Part shown: positions 1 through 11,655 of the stretch, piece by piece | Position numbering within the stretch: the first letter of the stretch is position 1 | How the letters are laid out: every line of letters begins with the position of its first letter | NCBI GenBank assembly: GCA_973895155.1 | Contig: OZ316894.1 | Span: forward strand, 11,944,828-12,008,827 | Direction: 5' to 3' | DNA from: Marsupella aquatica | Lineage: Eukaryota; Plantae; Marchantiophyta | DNA: 64,000 nucleotides | Program-made: the position numbers and the translations under genes | The notes under the pieces: model-generated | What the model was told of the DNA's origin: nothing | Database searches by the model: none | Seen by the model: the letters and a program-made list of their open reading frames with translations, nothing else

Positions 1-429
1 CATGACTGACTCACCCAGGACTTGGGCGCGGTGCAAGCAGATCTCAAGAAGCTAGACGACATTGTGCTTCAGCTGCGCTCAGAGTCCTTGGCTCAGGTTA
101 CCAGCCTGACCGACCTCAACAAACAATTCTTGCAGGCAGCTCAGCAGGTGTCTAGTCTCTCCGCCGAGCGAGATAAATTGCTGGCGCACGACGAGACCCA
201 TCATGACTCCATCGGCCAGCTCAACCTAGAGGTAGCACGGCTACAGACCGAGACCGACTAAGCTGCAAACAAGGCAGAGGAGGCGGTACGGGATAACAAG
301 GCCTTGCAGGAGCGCATTACCTTGCTCATAAGTCAGCGCAATGGGCCTGGACCCACCTCTGATCAAGACGGCTTGAGGTCTCGTCCCGACAAGAGGACAA
401 ACCCTGGACCGACGGCAGCTCACACGTAA
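1..429 (+). pseudogene. 3' end of a coiled-coil extra ORF of an LTR retrotransposon (internal TAA at 259-261)
   Basis: Heptad-rich ORF 22-261 continues in frame after TAA to a stop at 427-429. It lies upstream of a PPT and LTR. Confidence 0.5.
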
Positions 430-929
430 GGGGTGGTTAGCGGAGGAAGCAGGCAGGCGCCGCTCGTTACAGTTGGGTCAGTGGCATCTTTTTTTCATTA
501 GGCTTAAACGATAGAATAACTGTCATTAGGCGCCAATTAGCGGCACAATAGGAAGAATTAGGACATGATTAGTTAGGATCATCCGGCGTATCAACGGACT
601 AGAATTTTGGTCAGTAGACTTAGCTATTGACACCCTGGTCAGTGCCCCCGCCACTGACGGTCAACCGGTCAGAGGAGATGCGGCGGGCTAGTCAGAAGGT
701 AGTTAGTCAGTAGGCATTACCCCGGAAGGTAGTATCTTCTGGTTCCTTTCCACAAGCGTAGTATTTAGGCTTCCCCTTCCGTTGTGGAGGGGGAGAAGAC
801 TTAGTTCATCTTTAGGGTAATGACAAGCCATTTAACAAACTGACATTTAGCTAGGATTAGAATAGACTAGAATTTGAGCACGTGACCATTAGTATTTAGT
901 GCACCCCCGGTAGAGGCAATAGGGGGGAC

Positions 930-1574
930 TGTAGGTTTTGAACCGGGTATCAGCGGATGTGCGGGGAGTCTTGACCTTAGTGAATAGGAGAGTACCGCAA
1001 AGTGAGGATACGACTAAGCTTGTCGGGCAAGTGCGGAGCCAGGCTCCGTTGTAGTGTACACCTCATTGCCGTTGGGCTATTCGTTCCCAAAGAAGTCGAG
1101 TCAACCCTGTATGTACAAATGACGGATTTATAATTCAAAGTCTTTCCCCACCATTTCCTTTGTGTAAACCGAGATTGTATGTGTGTAATCTGTTATGTTC
1201 ATTAGTCTCGTCTACGGGTTTAGAATGCTTGGTCGAACGCATTATACAAGTTGCGCATGGGGTGACAGTTGCGGATAGTGGTTGCAAGCCCGGGTTAGAT
1301 GCCCTATCATCGGATCCGGATCGGAGGCGGATAGCACAAAGGCTTAGAAGTCCTTAAGCTGGGGTCAATCCCGTTATCGACTTAAAGTACATTCCGGCAA
1401 CGAAATACAAAATATACCTATGATGTGCATAGACATGAAACCGGATGAGGGTAGCATCAAGTTACATGAATAAGTGCAGTTTGCGCATCCCTCCTTGCCC
1501 GAAACCTCAATATTAACAAAGTTTATGGCCGCCTAAGCCAAAATCCAATTAAGGATAAACCTTTTGGCGTGACA
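930..1574 (+). mobile_element. 3' LTR of a Gypsy-type element
   Basis: Purine tract AGAGGCAATAGGGGGGAC immediately precedes TGTAGG at 930, and the segment ends GGCGTGACA at 1574. It shares blocks (e.g. AGAAGTCGAGTCAAC) with the inverted LTR at 5539-6125. Confidence 0.7.
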
Positions 1575-1891
1575 ACAACACTTGCAAATTCTGTTGGAGA
1601 GATTGAGAGAACATGGGTTGAAACTCTATCCTGGCAAAGTAACTTCTTCCAAGACCAGATTGAATATTTGGGCCACACTATCTACCGAAGGGGATTGGGT
1701 GTGTAGCAAACTAAGGTGAAGGTCATTACACAAATTCCTTGTCCTACTGATATGAGTAGAGTTCATGCATTCTTGGGATTAGCGAGCTACTATAGGAGGT
1801 ATGTTAAAGGATTTAGCCAGCTTGCTAAACCTTTAACCATACTCACTAAGTTGGATCAAGAGTGGATTTGGGGTGATGATCATGAGCATGC
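1575..1891 (+). pseudogene. Ty3/Gypsy reverse transcriptase C-terminus/connection fragment
   Basis: Translates as LREHGLKL..IEYLGH and AFLGLASYYRRYVKGFSQLAKPLT..W.WG, with a frameshift and a stop. Confidence 0.85.
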
Positions 1892-3208
1892 CAGTTGCAA
1901 AACTTGACTACTTTAACACTTAGCTCCAACATTGCTGACTCCGACGCCAAGCTCCCCTATGGTCTAGGCCCGGAATGGCCATCCGTGGAGGACTTAGCAT
2001 GGGGAGACTTTTGGGCAATGGGGCGTGGCACTGGAGAAGGCAAGGTGCTAAGTTGGTGACACACACTAAGGACATAGACTAGCTGAGGGCTCAAGGTCGA
2101 CCGTCCGGACCCCCAAACAAACTTTGAGTTCTGAGGGCTTGAGTGAGAGCTCTTCTTGGGACCAAGGCAAATGAAGTTTTCTCCATGGGCAACGGACGCT
2201 TGGGGCACGAGTTACGACCCGATATGGGTTTGGCCGATTGGGGGTCCCGGGAGACAACGGGATCTGAGGGCCTAGGCATGAGCACTTGGTTGGCCCAATC
2301 ACAATGGGCTTAAGCACTCCACTTATGGGCGCTTAACTAGAAAATTATGGGCATTGCCAGTTAGTGGCGCACCTAGACATGCAGGTTGTAGTCCAGGTGG
2401 GGGGCCAAAATTTGGGGACCAAAGTAGGTCCAGGGGTGGCAGGTCTCCAAAAGCATATAGGAGGGGAGTGGTGTCTCCTTGAGAGCTAAGGGCGAGCCAA
2501 AGTCGTGAGCCGTTGTGGTCGCGACACTAAGGAAAAACGTCAAATAGAAATGGTGATAACTTCCCAATGGGAAATCTGTTGAAGGACCTCTTGGGTGATT
2601 TGGAAAGCTCTCAAGGAGGAATACATCCTCTTGAGATCATCTAGGTCTAGGGGTGCCATGGGTTCTCAGGGTTTGCGGGGGCTATCTTGCCCGCTTGCCA
2701 AATCCTGCTGAAATAGTAGCCAAGTTGTGTTCAGTCTCTCAAGGGAGCTTGCATTGGGGAGGCAAGGCCAAGTAGGCATGGAGGTTTAATTCCAAGATCA
2801 CTTGGACCCTAGACCATCAGTGGGGCAAGAACCGGGAGTTGGTTACTAGAGTTGGGGCCATTCTGGTCCTGACGTGTTGGGACAAGCTTGGAATAAGCTT
2901 TAGGACAAGCTTTAGGACAAGCTATGCTATTTGGGCCATGAGCATGACCTAGGGGTAGGGCGGTCAGTTGGCAATGGATAGGTACGAGAGAGAACCCGGG
3001 CTGCGTGTTAGGTATTTACTCAAGGTCTAGAGTTACGACATGTAACCATAGTTAGGCTAACCATAGTCGAAGATGTGGTTAGGTTAACTAGGATGCACGT
3101 TATATGCCAAGCGGTGTTTGCTTGGATAAGTGGAACTTAGGCTCATTGTTATAGAGCCACTTGAGAGATGAGGAGAGCTTACACTCTAAAGACTTGGTAT
3201 GGCCGATG

Positions 3209-5057
3209 TGAAAGAGCCGTCAGCTTCGGACTAGACAGCAATGCGGAAACATGAGAGAGACTCACTCAATCAGACGCTACACCGACAAGACACCCCGAGT
3301 GAAGAACCTCCTGAAGGCTCCATACTCGCTCCATAGCAAATGAGAGTACATGTGAAGAATGAGGGAGAGAGTGCTCTCCCTCCAGCCTATACCCCCCAAG
3401 GGGGCCAAGATGAGTGGGTCTAAACTAAGCGGATCTTATCCTAATGTAATCTAGGGTTAAAACTAACCCTAGTAAGGCCAAGCTAACTATGTCGGGAACT
3501 AGAGTCAATTCCTAACAATCTCCACCTTGACTCAAGTTCACACAATGAGTCAGGTGATATACAATATGTAACTAAGTAACATATTTACATAGTCACCGGT
3601 TTGGCCCTAACATTAATAATATCCACACAGTGACTAAAGCTACTGGTAGGTAAAACTTTGGTAAGCATGTCTGCCGCATTCTCCTCTGAAGCCACCTTCT
3701 CCAGAAACATCTGCTGTGTCTCAATCACCTCACGGATGAAGTGATAACGAATATCAATGTGCTTTGTCCTGGCATGGAACACAGGGTTCTTAGCCAGATG
3801 CAAAGCACTTTGACTGTCGCACAGCAGCACCGGTCTTTCAGGTGAAAGACCCAGATCACTCACCAATCTCCTTAGCCAGATCAGCTCCTTGGTTGCCTCA
3901 CATGCAGCCATGTACTTAGCCTCAATAGTAGACAACGCAACACAAGATTGAGTTGCCGACTTCCAGCTGATACAACCTCCACCCAGCATAAACACATAGC
4001 CTGTAGTAGACTTCCTGTTATCCAAGTTACTAGCATAATCTGAATCTACAAAACCTTCCAACTCTAATGTAGAGTCTGCTTTACCGTCAAATAAGATCCC
4101 ACAATCTAAGGTACCTTTCAGATACCGCAAAACCCACTTCACTGCTTCCCAGTGAAGCTTACCAAGATTTGCCATAAATCTGCTTAAAATGCTAACAGCG
4201 TGAGCAATGTCAGGTCTAGTGCATGTCATTGCATACATCAAACTACCCACAACACTATCATAGGGAACATGTTTCATCGCCAGTCTATCACTCTTACTAG
4301 AAGGGCAATCATCCTTTGAGAGTTTAAAGTGGGAGGCCAATGGAGTACCAACTGGTTTTGCATTCTCCATTCCATACTTGGCAAGTACCTTCTCCAAATA
4401 CTGCCTCTGAGAGAACCATAATTGCCTTTGCTCCCTGTCACGATGAATCTCCATCCCTAGTATCTCCTTGGCCTGACCCAAGTCCTTCATTGAAAACTCC
4501 TTACTCAACATTGCTTTCAGATGGGCAACATCAGACTTATTCTCAGCCAGGATCAGCATGTCATCCACGTACAATGCCAGCACAATGTAACCAAAGTGTG
4601 AGTAATTCTCCACCTCCTTCATATAAATACAACAATCATGTTCACTTCGTGTGAACCCCTGAGATAACATGAAGGAATCAAAATGCTTATTCCACTGTCT
4701 GAGACTCTACTTCAATCCGTATAACGAGCGCAAGAGCTTACACACCAAGTGTCTGGTCTTCTCAACACTCAAGAGCTCCGGACTAGACAGCAATGCGAAA
4801 ACATGAGAGAGACTCACTCAATCAGACGTTACACCGACAAGACACCCCGAGTGGAGAAACTCCTGAAGGCTTCATAGCAAATGAGAGTACATGTGAAGAA
4901 TGAGGGAGAGAGTGCTCTCCCTCCAGCCTATACCCCCCAAGGGGGCCAAGATGAGTGGGCCTAAACTAAGCGGATCTTATCCTAATGTAATCTAGGGTTA
5001 AAACTAACCCTGTAAGGCCAAGCTAACTATGTCGGGAACTAGAGTCAATTCCTAACA
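3209..5057 (-). mobile_element. Internally deleted Ty1/Copia element with both LTRs
   Basis: TSD CGATG at 3204-3208 and 5058-5062. 3' LTR 3209-3517, PPT AGGTGGAGAT at 3518-3527, truncated 5' LTR ~4775-5057. Confidence 0.9.
3585..4760 (-). pseudogene. Copia RT (C-terminal part) and RNase H
   Basis: LYVDDML, MKDLG, TRPDIA, RKSTTGY, CDSQSA, HARTKHIDIRYHFIRE and ADMLTK motifs in ORF 3585-4670. SLYGLK*S lies just upstream. Confidence 0.95.
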
Positions 5058-7236
5058 CGATGGGCTTAGAGTTCAGTAAAGCTCTCTTGTGTGTTCCCGT
5101 GGACGTAGCCTCGAGGAGGTGAACCATGTATCTCTTGTGTCGACTACTTGCGCGTTGGATGTCTCATGTGCTTACCGTTACGAGTGTCGTCTATGCTCAA
5201 CACTGCGCCCAAGGAAGGAGTTGTTCTAGACAAACACTGAGTGTTGGTTCTGGTTCCGGCTTATGGCATCGGGAGGACCTGTCGTTGACCTACTTACCAA
5301 TGTCTGTTGCATTGAGCTTGAGTCAGGATCCTAGACTTGGGAGATCTAGATCCTAAGGGGATACTTACTGGAGTGCTTGGTTGCTTGTGCAGACAGTGAG
5401 GACTGTTGAGCGATGGTCACACTAGGGAGCGAGTGCAACTTTGTATGGGAGGGGTCGCAGATGGTGTTGAGGGTGCCAAGTTGCTTGCTCAAGGAGTTTT
5501 CTGGAGGCGTTCGAGCACTAAGGGCACTTAAGCGTTGGTGTCGCACCCATAACCCTGGCCTTAAATCCGAGTTAGTTCCCTGGGGCGACCACAACCACCA
5601 GTAGGGGTGAGGGTTTGGGCAAGAAGGTGTGTAGTGGTCCTAATTAGCCCTAAGTTGGGCTAAGTCGATATACTTACCCGTATAATACTTACGCAACTAG
5701 CACTGGTCATAGGTATATTTGTTTTCCACCGCTGGAATATTCCCACAGTTAGTGACTCGGACTAACTCCCGGCTTGGGGCTTTCAAGCCATTGACGCGAC
5801 TTAGAACCTTGCAACATGCAATTTGTGGCAATCCCTACCATTAGTCCGCACCCGGTACGCCCTTTGAAATGGTGCCTTTGCCCAGACAAAGCATACACAC
5901 AACACCAGTTACTCGTGATAGAATGAGAGGGAAAAGACTACATTTACTCAGCAAAGAATCGGTTTACATAGTTGACTCGACTTCTAAGGGGTCAGCAGGC
6001 CTAATGGCAGTCGATGCCCAGTCTCTACGAGGCCCACCCCGTGCTTGCCTAGCAAGCTCGACTCCGGCTCTCACTCCTTAGTGCACTCTGACCCTGCTCA
6101 GGCCGGGACTCCCCGTGCATCGCCTTTTCTTGCGCTAGATGCCTCGCTAAAGAAAGGTTGATAGTGCCGCGTTAACTAGTTTTGGCGCTTGTCGGCAATG
6201 TCTAATTTCCATGGCTAAACCTACGCTACTCTAAACTCTCCGCCCTGCCTAATGTCTGGCACGTTTGTTAGTCAGATCGGTCGAGTGGGACTTGGAGTGG
6301 CCGTCCCGTTGCCTCCTCAGTCGGTCAACGTCTTGCTTGAGGATCGGGACCTGGTCCATGAGAGAATCATTCTCTTTTTTCATTGCATCCGTCTCCTCCA
6401 TGGCCTCCTGGCATGCCTCTTCCAACTGCTGACCGTCGCTTGTCAGTTGGGCCACCAGTTGGTCTTGTTTAGCGGCTTCCTATTGAAGGGCCGTGCCACC
6501 TCTGCTTTCAGGGTGTCCACCTTGACTGCATCCCTTTGGGCTTGAGCGTCGGCCTCCTCTACTTCCTTCTGCTAGATCACTGCTTGCCCCTTCAAGCTAT
6601 CAATCTGGGCCCGGAGCCATGAGATTCCGGCTCCGGCCTGCTTTGCCAAGGCTAACTTGGCTTTGGTGTTAGCGACCTGGGCGAGGGTGGTCGTAAGCTA
6701 AGGACGGAGACGCTGCAACTTGGTATCTTGGCCGGAGGCTTCATTTAAGAGTTTGGTTAACTCGGCCCAATATCGCTCAATCTTTGTTGTGGCTTTAGCC
6801 TGAGCCCGTCTTGCCTTTACCGCCACCACCAGCTCCTTGCTGAAGAAGTAGGCCACCTTGTGGGCCATGAACTCCCCCGTTTCTTGACTAATTTGTTGGG
6901 AGAAGTCTCCCAGTAACCCGTTCAAATATGTGCCTGGTGCAAAGAGCTTTGGGTTCACCAAATTGTGACCACTCGAGTTTAGGCAAGGACAAACCTCAAC
7001 CCGGGACAAGGCCGGGTCATTACGTCCAGTCCAGAAGTAGGATGGTTAGAGGGGGTGGGGAGTCAAGCAAGGGGGTCTACTGGCACTGGTGTGGAAGGTA
7101 CCACAGTTTCCTTTGGATTAACGGCCTCAGGTTAGGCGCCAGCTTTCTCTCGCTTGATTGTCACTGCATGGGCCTAGTTTTGGGCATCCAGGGTTGCAAT
7201 TACTGCCGTATCTGGCATAGAAGAAGGTGTCTCAAT

Positions 7237-7523
7237 CTCGGGGGGTTGACTATCAAAAATCTTAGGAACCACGTGCGATCCAAAATAGATATTTTTTGCA
7301 GATTTTAACTAAAGTTTTTAAAAGCATAGGAGGCAAAATAAGGTATTATAAACTCATGTTTATAGAATATTCTTTAATATATACCCTTTATAAAGTAAAA
7401 TAGATTATGAATATTGAAAATAAAGAATATTCTTGGAATATTTTCTTTATAAAATAGGTCTATTTATATTAGGCTAGGATTGCACGTGGTACCCCAAAAT
7501 ATGCACTTAGTTAACCCCCCGAG
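7237..7523. mobile_element. 287-bp AT-rich MITE
   Basis: TIRs CTCGGGGGGTTRACTA and an exact 8-bp TSD GTCTCAAT at 7229-7236 and 7524-7531. Confidence 0.9.
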
Positions 7524-9165
7524 GTCTCAATAGCTCGTGGTGGGGTTGGGGTGGGCATCACTGGCGCCGTACTCCGGGCTTTGAGCTACAGCCGTCATTC
7601 TTGAGCCGGGAAGACCCACCGGGCCGGGGTGAGCTTGGGCTCATTGAGCTTTGGAAGGTGCGTCGATCAAAATGGGCATACCATTCAATAATAATCTCTA
7701 TGTGGCTTGCAAGGTACGCCTTCCCCCCAAATTACATGGTCTTCCTTCGTTGCTCCATCTCTTCATGGAACTTCTTGGTGAAGAAGGAAGCCCACTTTCT
7801 AGGCTGGTAATTCTTGACCTGGATTACCTAGGCGGTGGATATCTCACCCTACGGCTCCATCATATGGAGGGCGTACCGCTAAAACTCCAGCCGCTCTGCA
7901 ACCTCCGGGCTGAGGCATGTCCTCATCAGGAAGCCGTTGTCCATGGAACCCTCGGCCGGGAAGCTAGAGGATCGGTACTTTGCTCCCTTGCCCCCTTGGG
8001 CCCATCATTCTACCCGGTTCTGACCCTTGGATAGGCCAAAAATGAGCTTAAGCCGCTCCTTGTTCAGGGACATTACTAGTCTGTGCACACGGGTCTGTTG
8101 TTGGGCCTTGTCGAAGTTTAGGATGAACTCCATCATATCTTGCCCGTAGTACTTGCAAGTGTTCCAAGGGAGGGCAACGAGGTGTTCAAACCCTTGGGTC
8201 TTTAGGTACGCCGCATGTTTTTGATGGAGGATGTTCTCACGACAACACTATCAGCCGGTTTTGCGAAGACAATCTCATCGCAACTAACAAGCCCCTGATT
8301 TTCATAATTCTGGCCATTGCGAACATACGCGCATCGCACCACCTTTGCACTTTGCGAACCTAATAACTTTGCACGTGGACCATCGCAACGGCATCGCAAC
8401 ACCATGGCAAACTGCGAAGCTGAGAGATTCGCAAGATTCAATACTTGTGCGATCCATTATACGTCGCATAAGGTTCGCAAACATACACGCACACGTCCCG
8501 CGTGGGCGTCGATATTTGAGAAGGATTTACCATCGCATCATATTTGCAAAAGATACTGGTTCAATTGTTTTGATGGGGATTGTATGACAAAGAGCGATAC
8601 CGGTGATTTCAGAAGTTTGTGAACGGTTTCGATTAGGAAAGTGCGATCCTAGAAGTATCACAAAAACCCGACATATTTGGATCTGAAGTTTTGAAGTTAA
8701 TTGACTCAAAAAGTGCGACGCCTTGGGGTTTATATTGTGCGATGGGAATGAGTTCTTAAAGGGTTCGCAAAATTATGATCATAGAGGAGATTCAATACAT
8801 TATTTGCGAGGGGTTTTCCTTGGGACCCAATGTGGAAGGCAAAATTGTTGTTTTATAAAATGGAAAAGCATGAACAAAATGATAGGGCTTCAAAGAACCC
8901 TATACATGGACAAGAGGGGGGAAATATCTGATGCTAGGTCCGCCCTTCTAAACCTATGCTGCCTCTTCCTACCCTAAGCTCCGGCATGACAAGTCACTCT
9001 CATGCATGTATCTCTACAAAATAACTAGAATGGGCTCTTGCGGCTCCTCTTGGTTGGCTTCTTGGCTGGCTTCTTGCCCTTATCCTTCCGGGGATCCTGT
9101 TGGTGACGGGTGCGTGATGGCCGTCGGCGCTCCTGCTCCTACTGCTCCTCTGGCTCCTCCTGCCC

Positions 9166-11076
9166 CTATTGCTCCTCCTCCTCCTCCTCAGGGTCCTCCT
9201 CTTCCCCCTGGTCATCAACGTGTGCTGATGACACACGACTACCACCACTACCACGGTGGGAAGAACCTACCTCACGACTACTCCCCCCCCGAGCACCACT
9301 AGTACCAGGAGTAGCCCCCTCATCATCATCACTACTGCTCACATCAGCACCCGACCCCTCAGACTCATCCGAATCCTGCATCCATTACATATCATTAGTT
9401 TCCGCAAGACATAAAGGGTCACTCACAATGTTCGCATGCTAATCATATGGTTCACACTTAGACACTTACAGTAGCCAACTCGGCATCTACCATCGCAAAG
9501 AGGTACTTTTGTCCATGCTCTATCGCCACCTCAATATGCTTTTTTGATATCTTTCTTTTGTACCTCCGATACTGCCATGCATAAAACCAATTAAAATTGG
9601 TTAAATTTGCCCTTAAGCATACCCTATAGCCACAAGTGATGCCTAAATCCTCAACTACTAAACACGACCCCAAAAAAATTTAAAATTCAAATTTGCGAAC
9701 CTATAAGCATGGCAACTTGCGAACCACATTTTTTGCGAAGGCGTTGCGATGGAGTTTGCGATGCGCATTTGTTCGCAAAGGCATCAGAAAATTGAAATGG
9801 AAAAAGTCCATGATAGAATTTGCGAGGGGTTTGCGAACAAATGCGCATCGCAACACCTTCGCAAACTGTGTTCCCGAGAGTTTTTAAAAATTTGCCAAAA
9901 ATTCTAAGTGTCAGAGTTTCCCTAAACTAGTAACCAAGCAAGCATGCACAATAGCAAGAACATTCGGGGATGTCATTCACTTGCATTGCACAACTCTGAA
10001 AGGAATAGAGAGGTTAGGGAGGAGCAAGAGGCACTCACAAAGTGTGACTTGAGGCCGGGGAGCCCGCCTTGACCCAACTTGTGGACTGGATTGGGGGTGG
10101 ATTTCACTCGTTTGGCTGCATCTGTGAAACGCTTGGGTGGCTTTCCCTCCTGGTCGGCCACCTTCTGCATCTCAGCTACCTTTTGCTCAACTGGCTTCAG
10201 GTCGTGGTCAGGGGGGAGCTTCCCGGCCTCCTTTGCTTTCAAGGCTCGATCTAGATTGCCCTTCCACTCTTCCAACTCGTGAGCTGCCTTAATTTGCACC
10301 TCAATCTTGTAAAACGAATTCCAGATGTCCTCGGTGAAGTGGAGGGGTCTGCACAAGTTCCTGTATGATCTCAAGTCTTTCAGGTGGGCTCTAATCTTCA
10401 TCCTGTCATGGTATCGCATTTGAGACATAGAATTTGAAATCTTATCTGCCAACCATTGCTCATCTATGTCAGGCCAATTGCAAAATGCATCCTTGATTTG
10501 GTTGATGACCCTCTTTCGCTCTGCCTTCTCAATCTTCCCCCACTGCATGCCTCGTGAGAAATTGCTTGTGATAATCTGCTTGATTGTGCTCTTAGCCCTT
10601 GCATACGCTAGCTCAGTTGGAGTCCCACTCGTCTCCAAGGCAATGAATGGAAGTTTTTTTCTTGCTTCCTCTTTCTGACGTTGCTCCTCCCTCTGTTTTC
10701 GAATTGAATCTCTCTCCTCTCTTCTCTTCTGCTTCTCTAGGGGTTGAGGAGAGGCAACTCCCGACTTAGTTCTTTCCTCTCTCTTCCTTTTTTTCTCTCT
10801 AGCCTTCTCTTCAGCTGTGGCCCTCTCCTCCCCCTCTCTAGTAGCTTGTCCTGCTACAATCCCAGTTTGCAAAACCTGTCCAAGAATCGCACTCAAAGAG
10901 GCAAGCCCTGCTGGAGAATTGAGATTCACTTCTCCCAATTGTGCAGCACTGAGATGTTGGGCCACTAAGTCTGCCCAGGCATTCTTCTCTTTCTCTGGAT
11001 TTCCCCCATTGCCACTACCACTACCACTACCACTACCACTACCACCTTGCCCTCCACTCCCCTCACCGGTAGCCAT
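9166..11076 (-). CDS. CACTA second ORF (TnpA-like accessory protein), probably three exons
   Basis: 367-aa open ORF with a GTGAGT donor near 10038. Putative downstream exons at ~9470-9571 (YRRYKRKISKK...) and ~9166-9375 (acidic/Gly-rich) are flanked by AG/GT. Confidence 0.55.
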
Positions 11077-11232
11077 AGCTCCCCTCTCTCACAGTCTCCC
11101 TCGTACTGTCACGCGCACCCCGGCCCTTCTCGTCTTGCTCAAAAACTGAAATGAGCCTGAATGCGAGCTCCCGCCGATGTTTACGCCATTCAAAAATGAA
11201 GAACTTTTGATTGTGGAGTTCAAGGGCAGTTC

Positions 11233-11655
11233 ATGCAAGATTCACAAAGTAGTCGTCATGACACTAATGTGATCAGAGATGTGGTGCCTCACTATGGGAA
11301 GATTGAGGAGATCTTGATCATATCCTATGATGCCGATTCCAAATTTGAAGAGTATGTCTTCAAGTGTAAGTGGTTCAAAATTCACCTGGTTGGTGATAAT
11401 CGCACGGTACTTCTTGATGAGTGTGAGTTTACTCGGCTGAAGACATCAGCAACTAGCTTTCAACCATCTCATTGGCAAACATCTGAACCATTTACATTCC
11501 CAAGTCACCTTGAGCAGTGTTTCTATATTCCGTACCCACCAGACCCAGAGTGGTCAGTTGTTATACCGTATGTGCCACGGTCCCATTCCATTATCTCGGA
11601 AAAACCTGACGTTATTATTGTGTCAAATGGAGGAGAGGATGAGGACCAGGTTTGA
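11233..11655 (+). pseudogene. CACTA transposase C-terminal DUF4216-like fragment
   Basis: YGKIEEIL...FKCKWF...EPFTFPSHLEQCFY..P...WSVV pattern typical of the TnpD C-terminus. The rest of the transposase is absent. Confidence 0.8.

Larger units (their letters stand above)
3006..5202 (+). mobile_element. Copia solo LTR (same family as the LTR at 60853-61389), with a nested insertion
   Basis: TGTTAGG...TATGCTCAACA termini and 5-bp TSD CTGCG at 3001-3005 and 5203-5207. The empty site is visible in copy B near 59266. Confidence 0.9.
1892..5538. mobile_element. Non-autonomous hAT-like element, copy A (interrupted, one end lost)
   Basis: Starts CAGTTGCAAAACTTGACTAC. It is the reverse-complement homologue of 58898-60138, interrupted by a solo LTR at 3006-5202 and truncated by the LTR at 5539. 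Confidence 0.7.
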
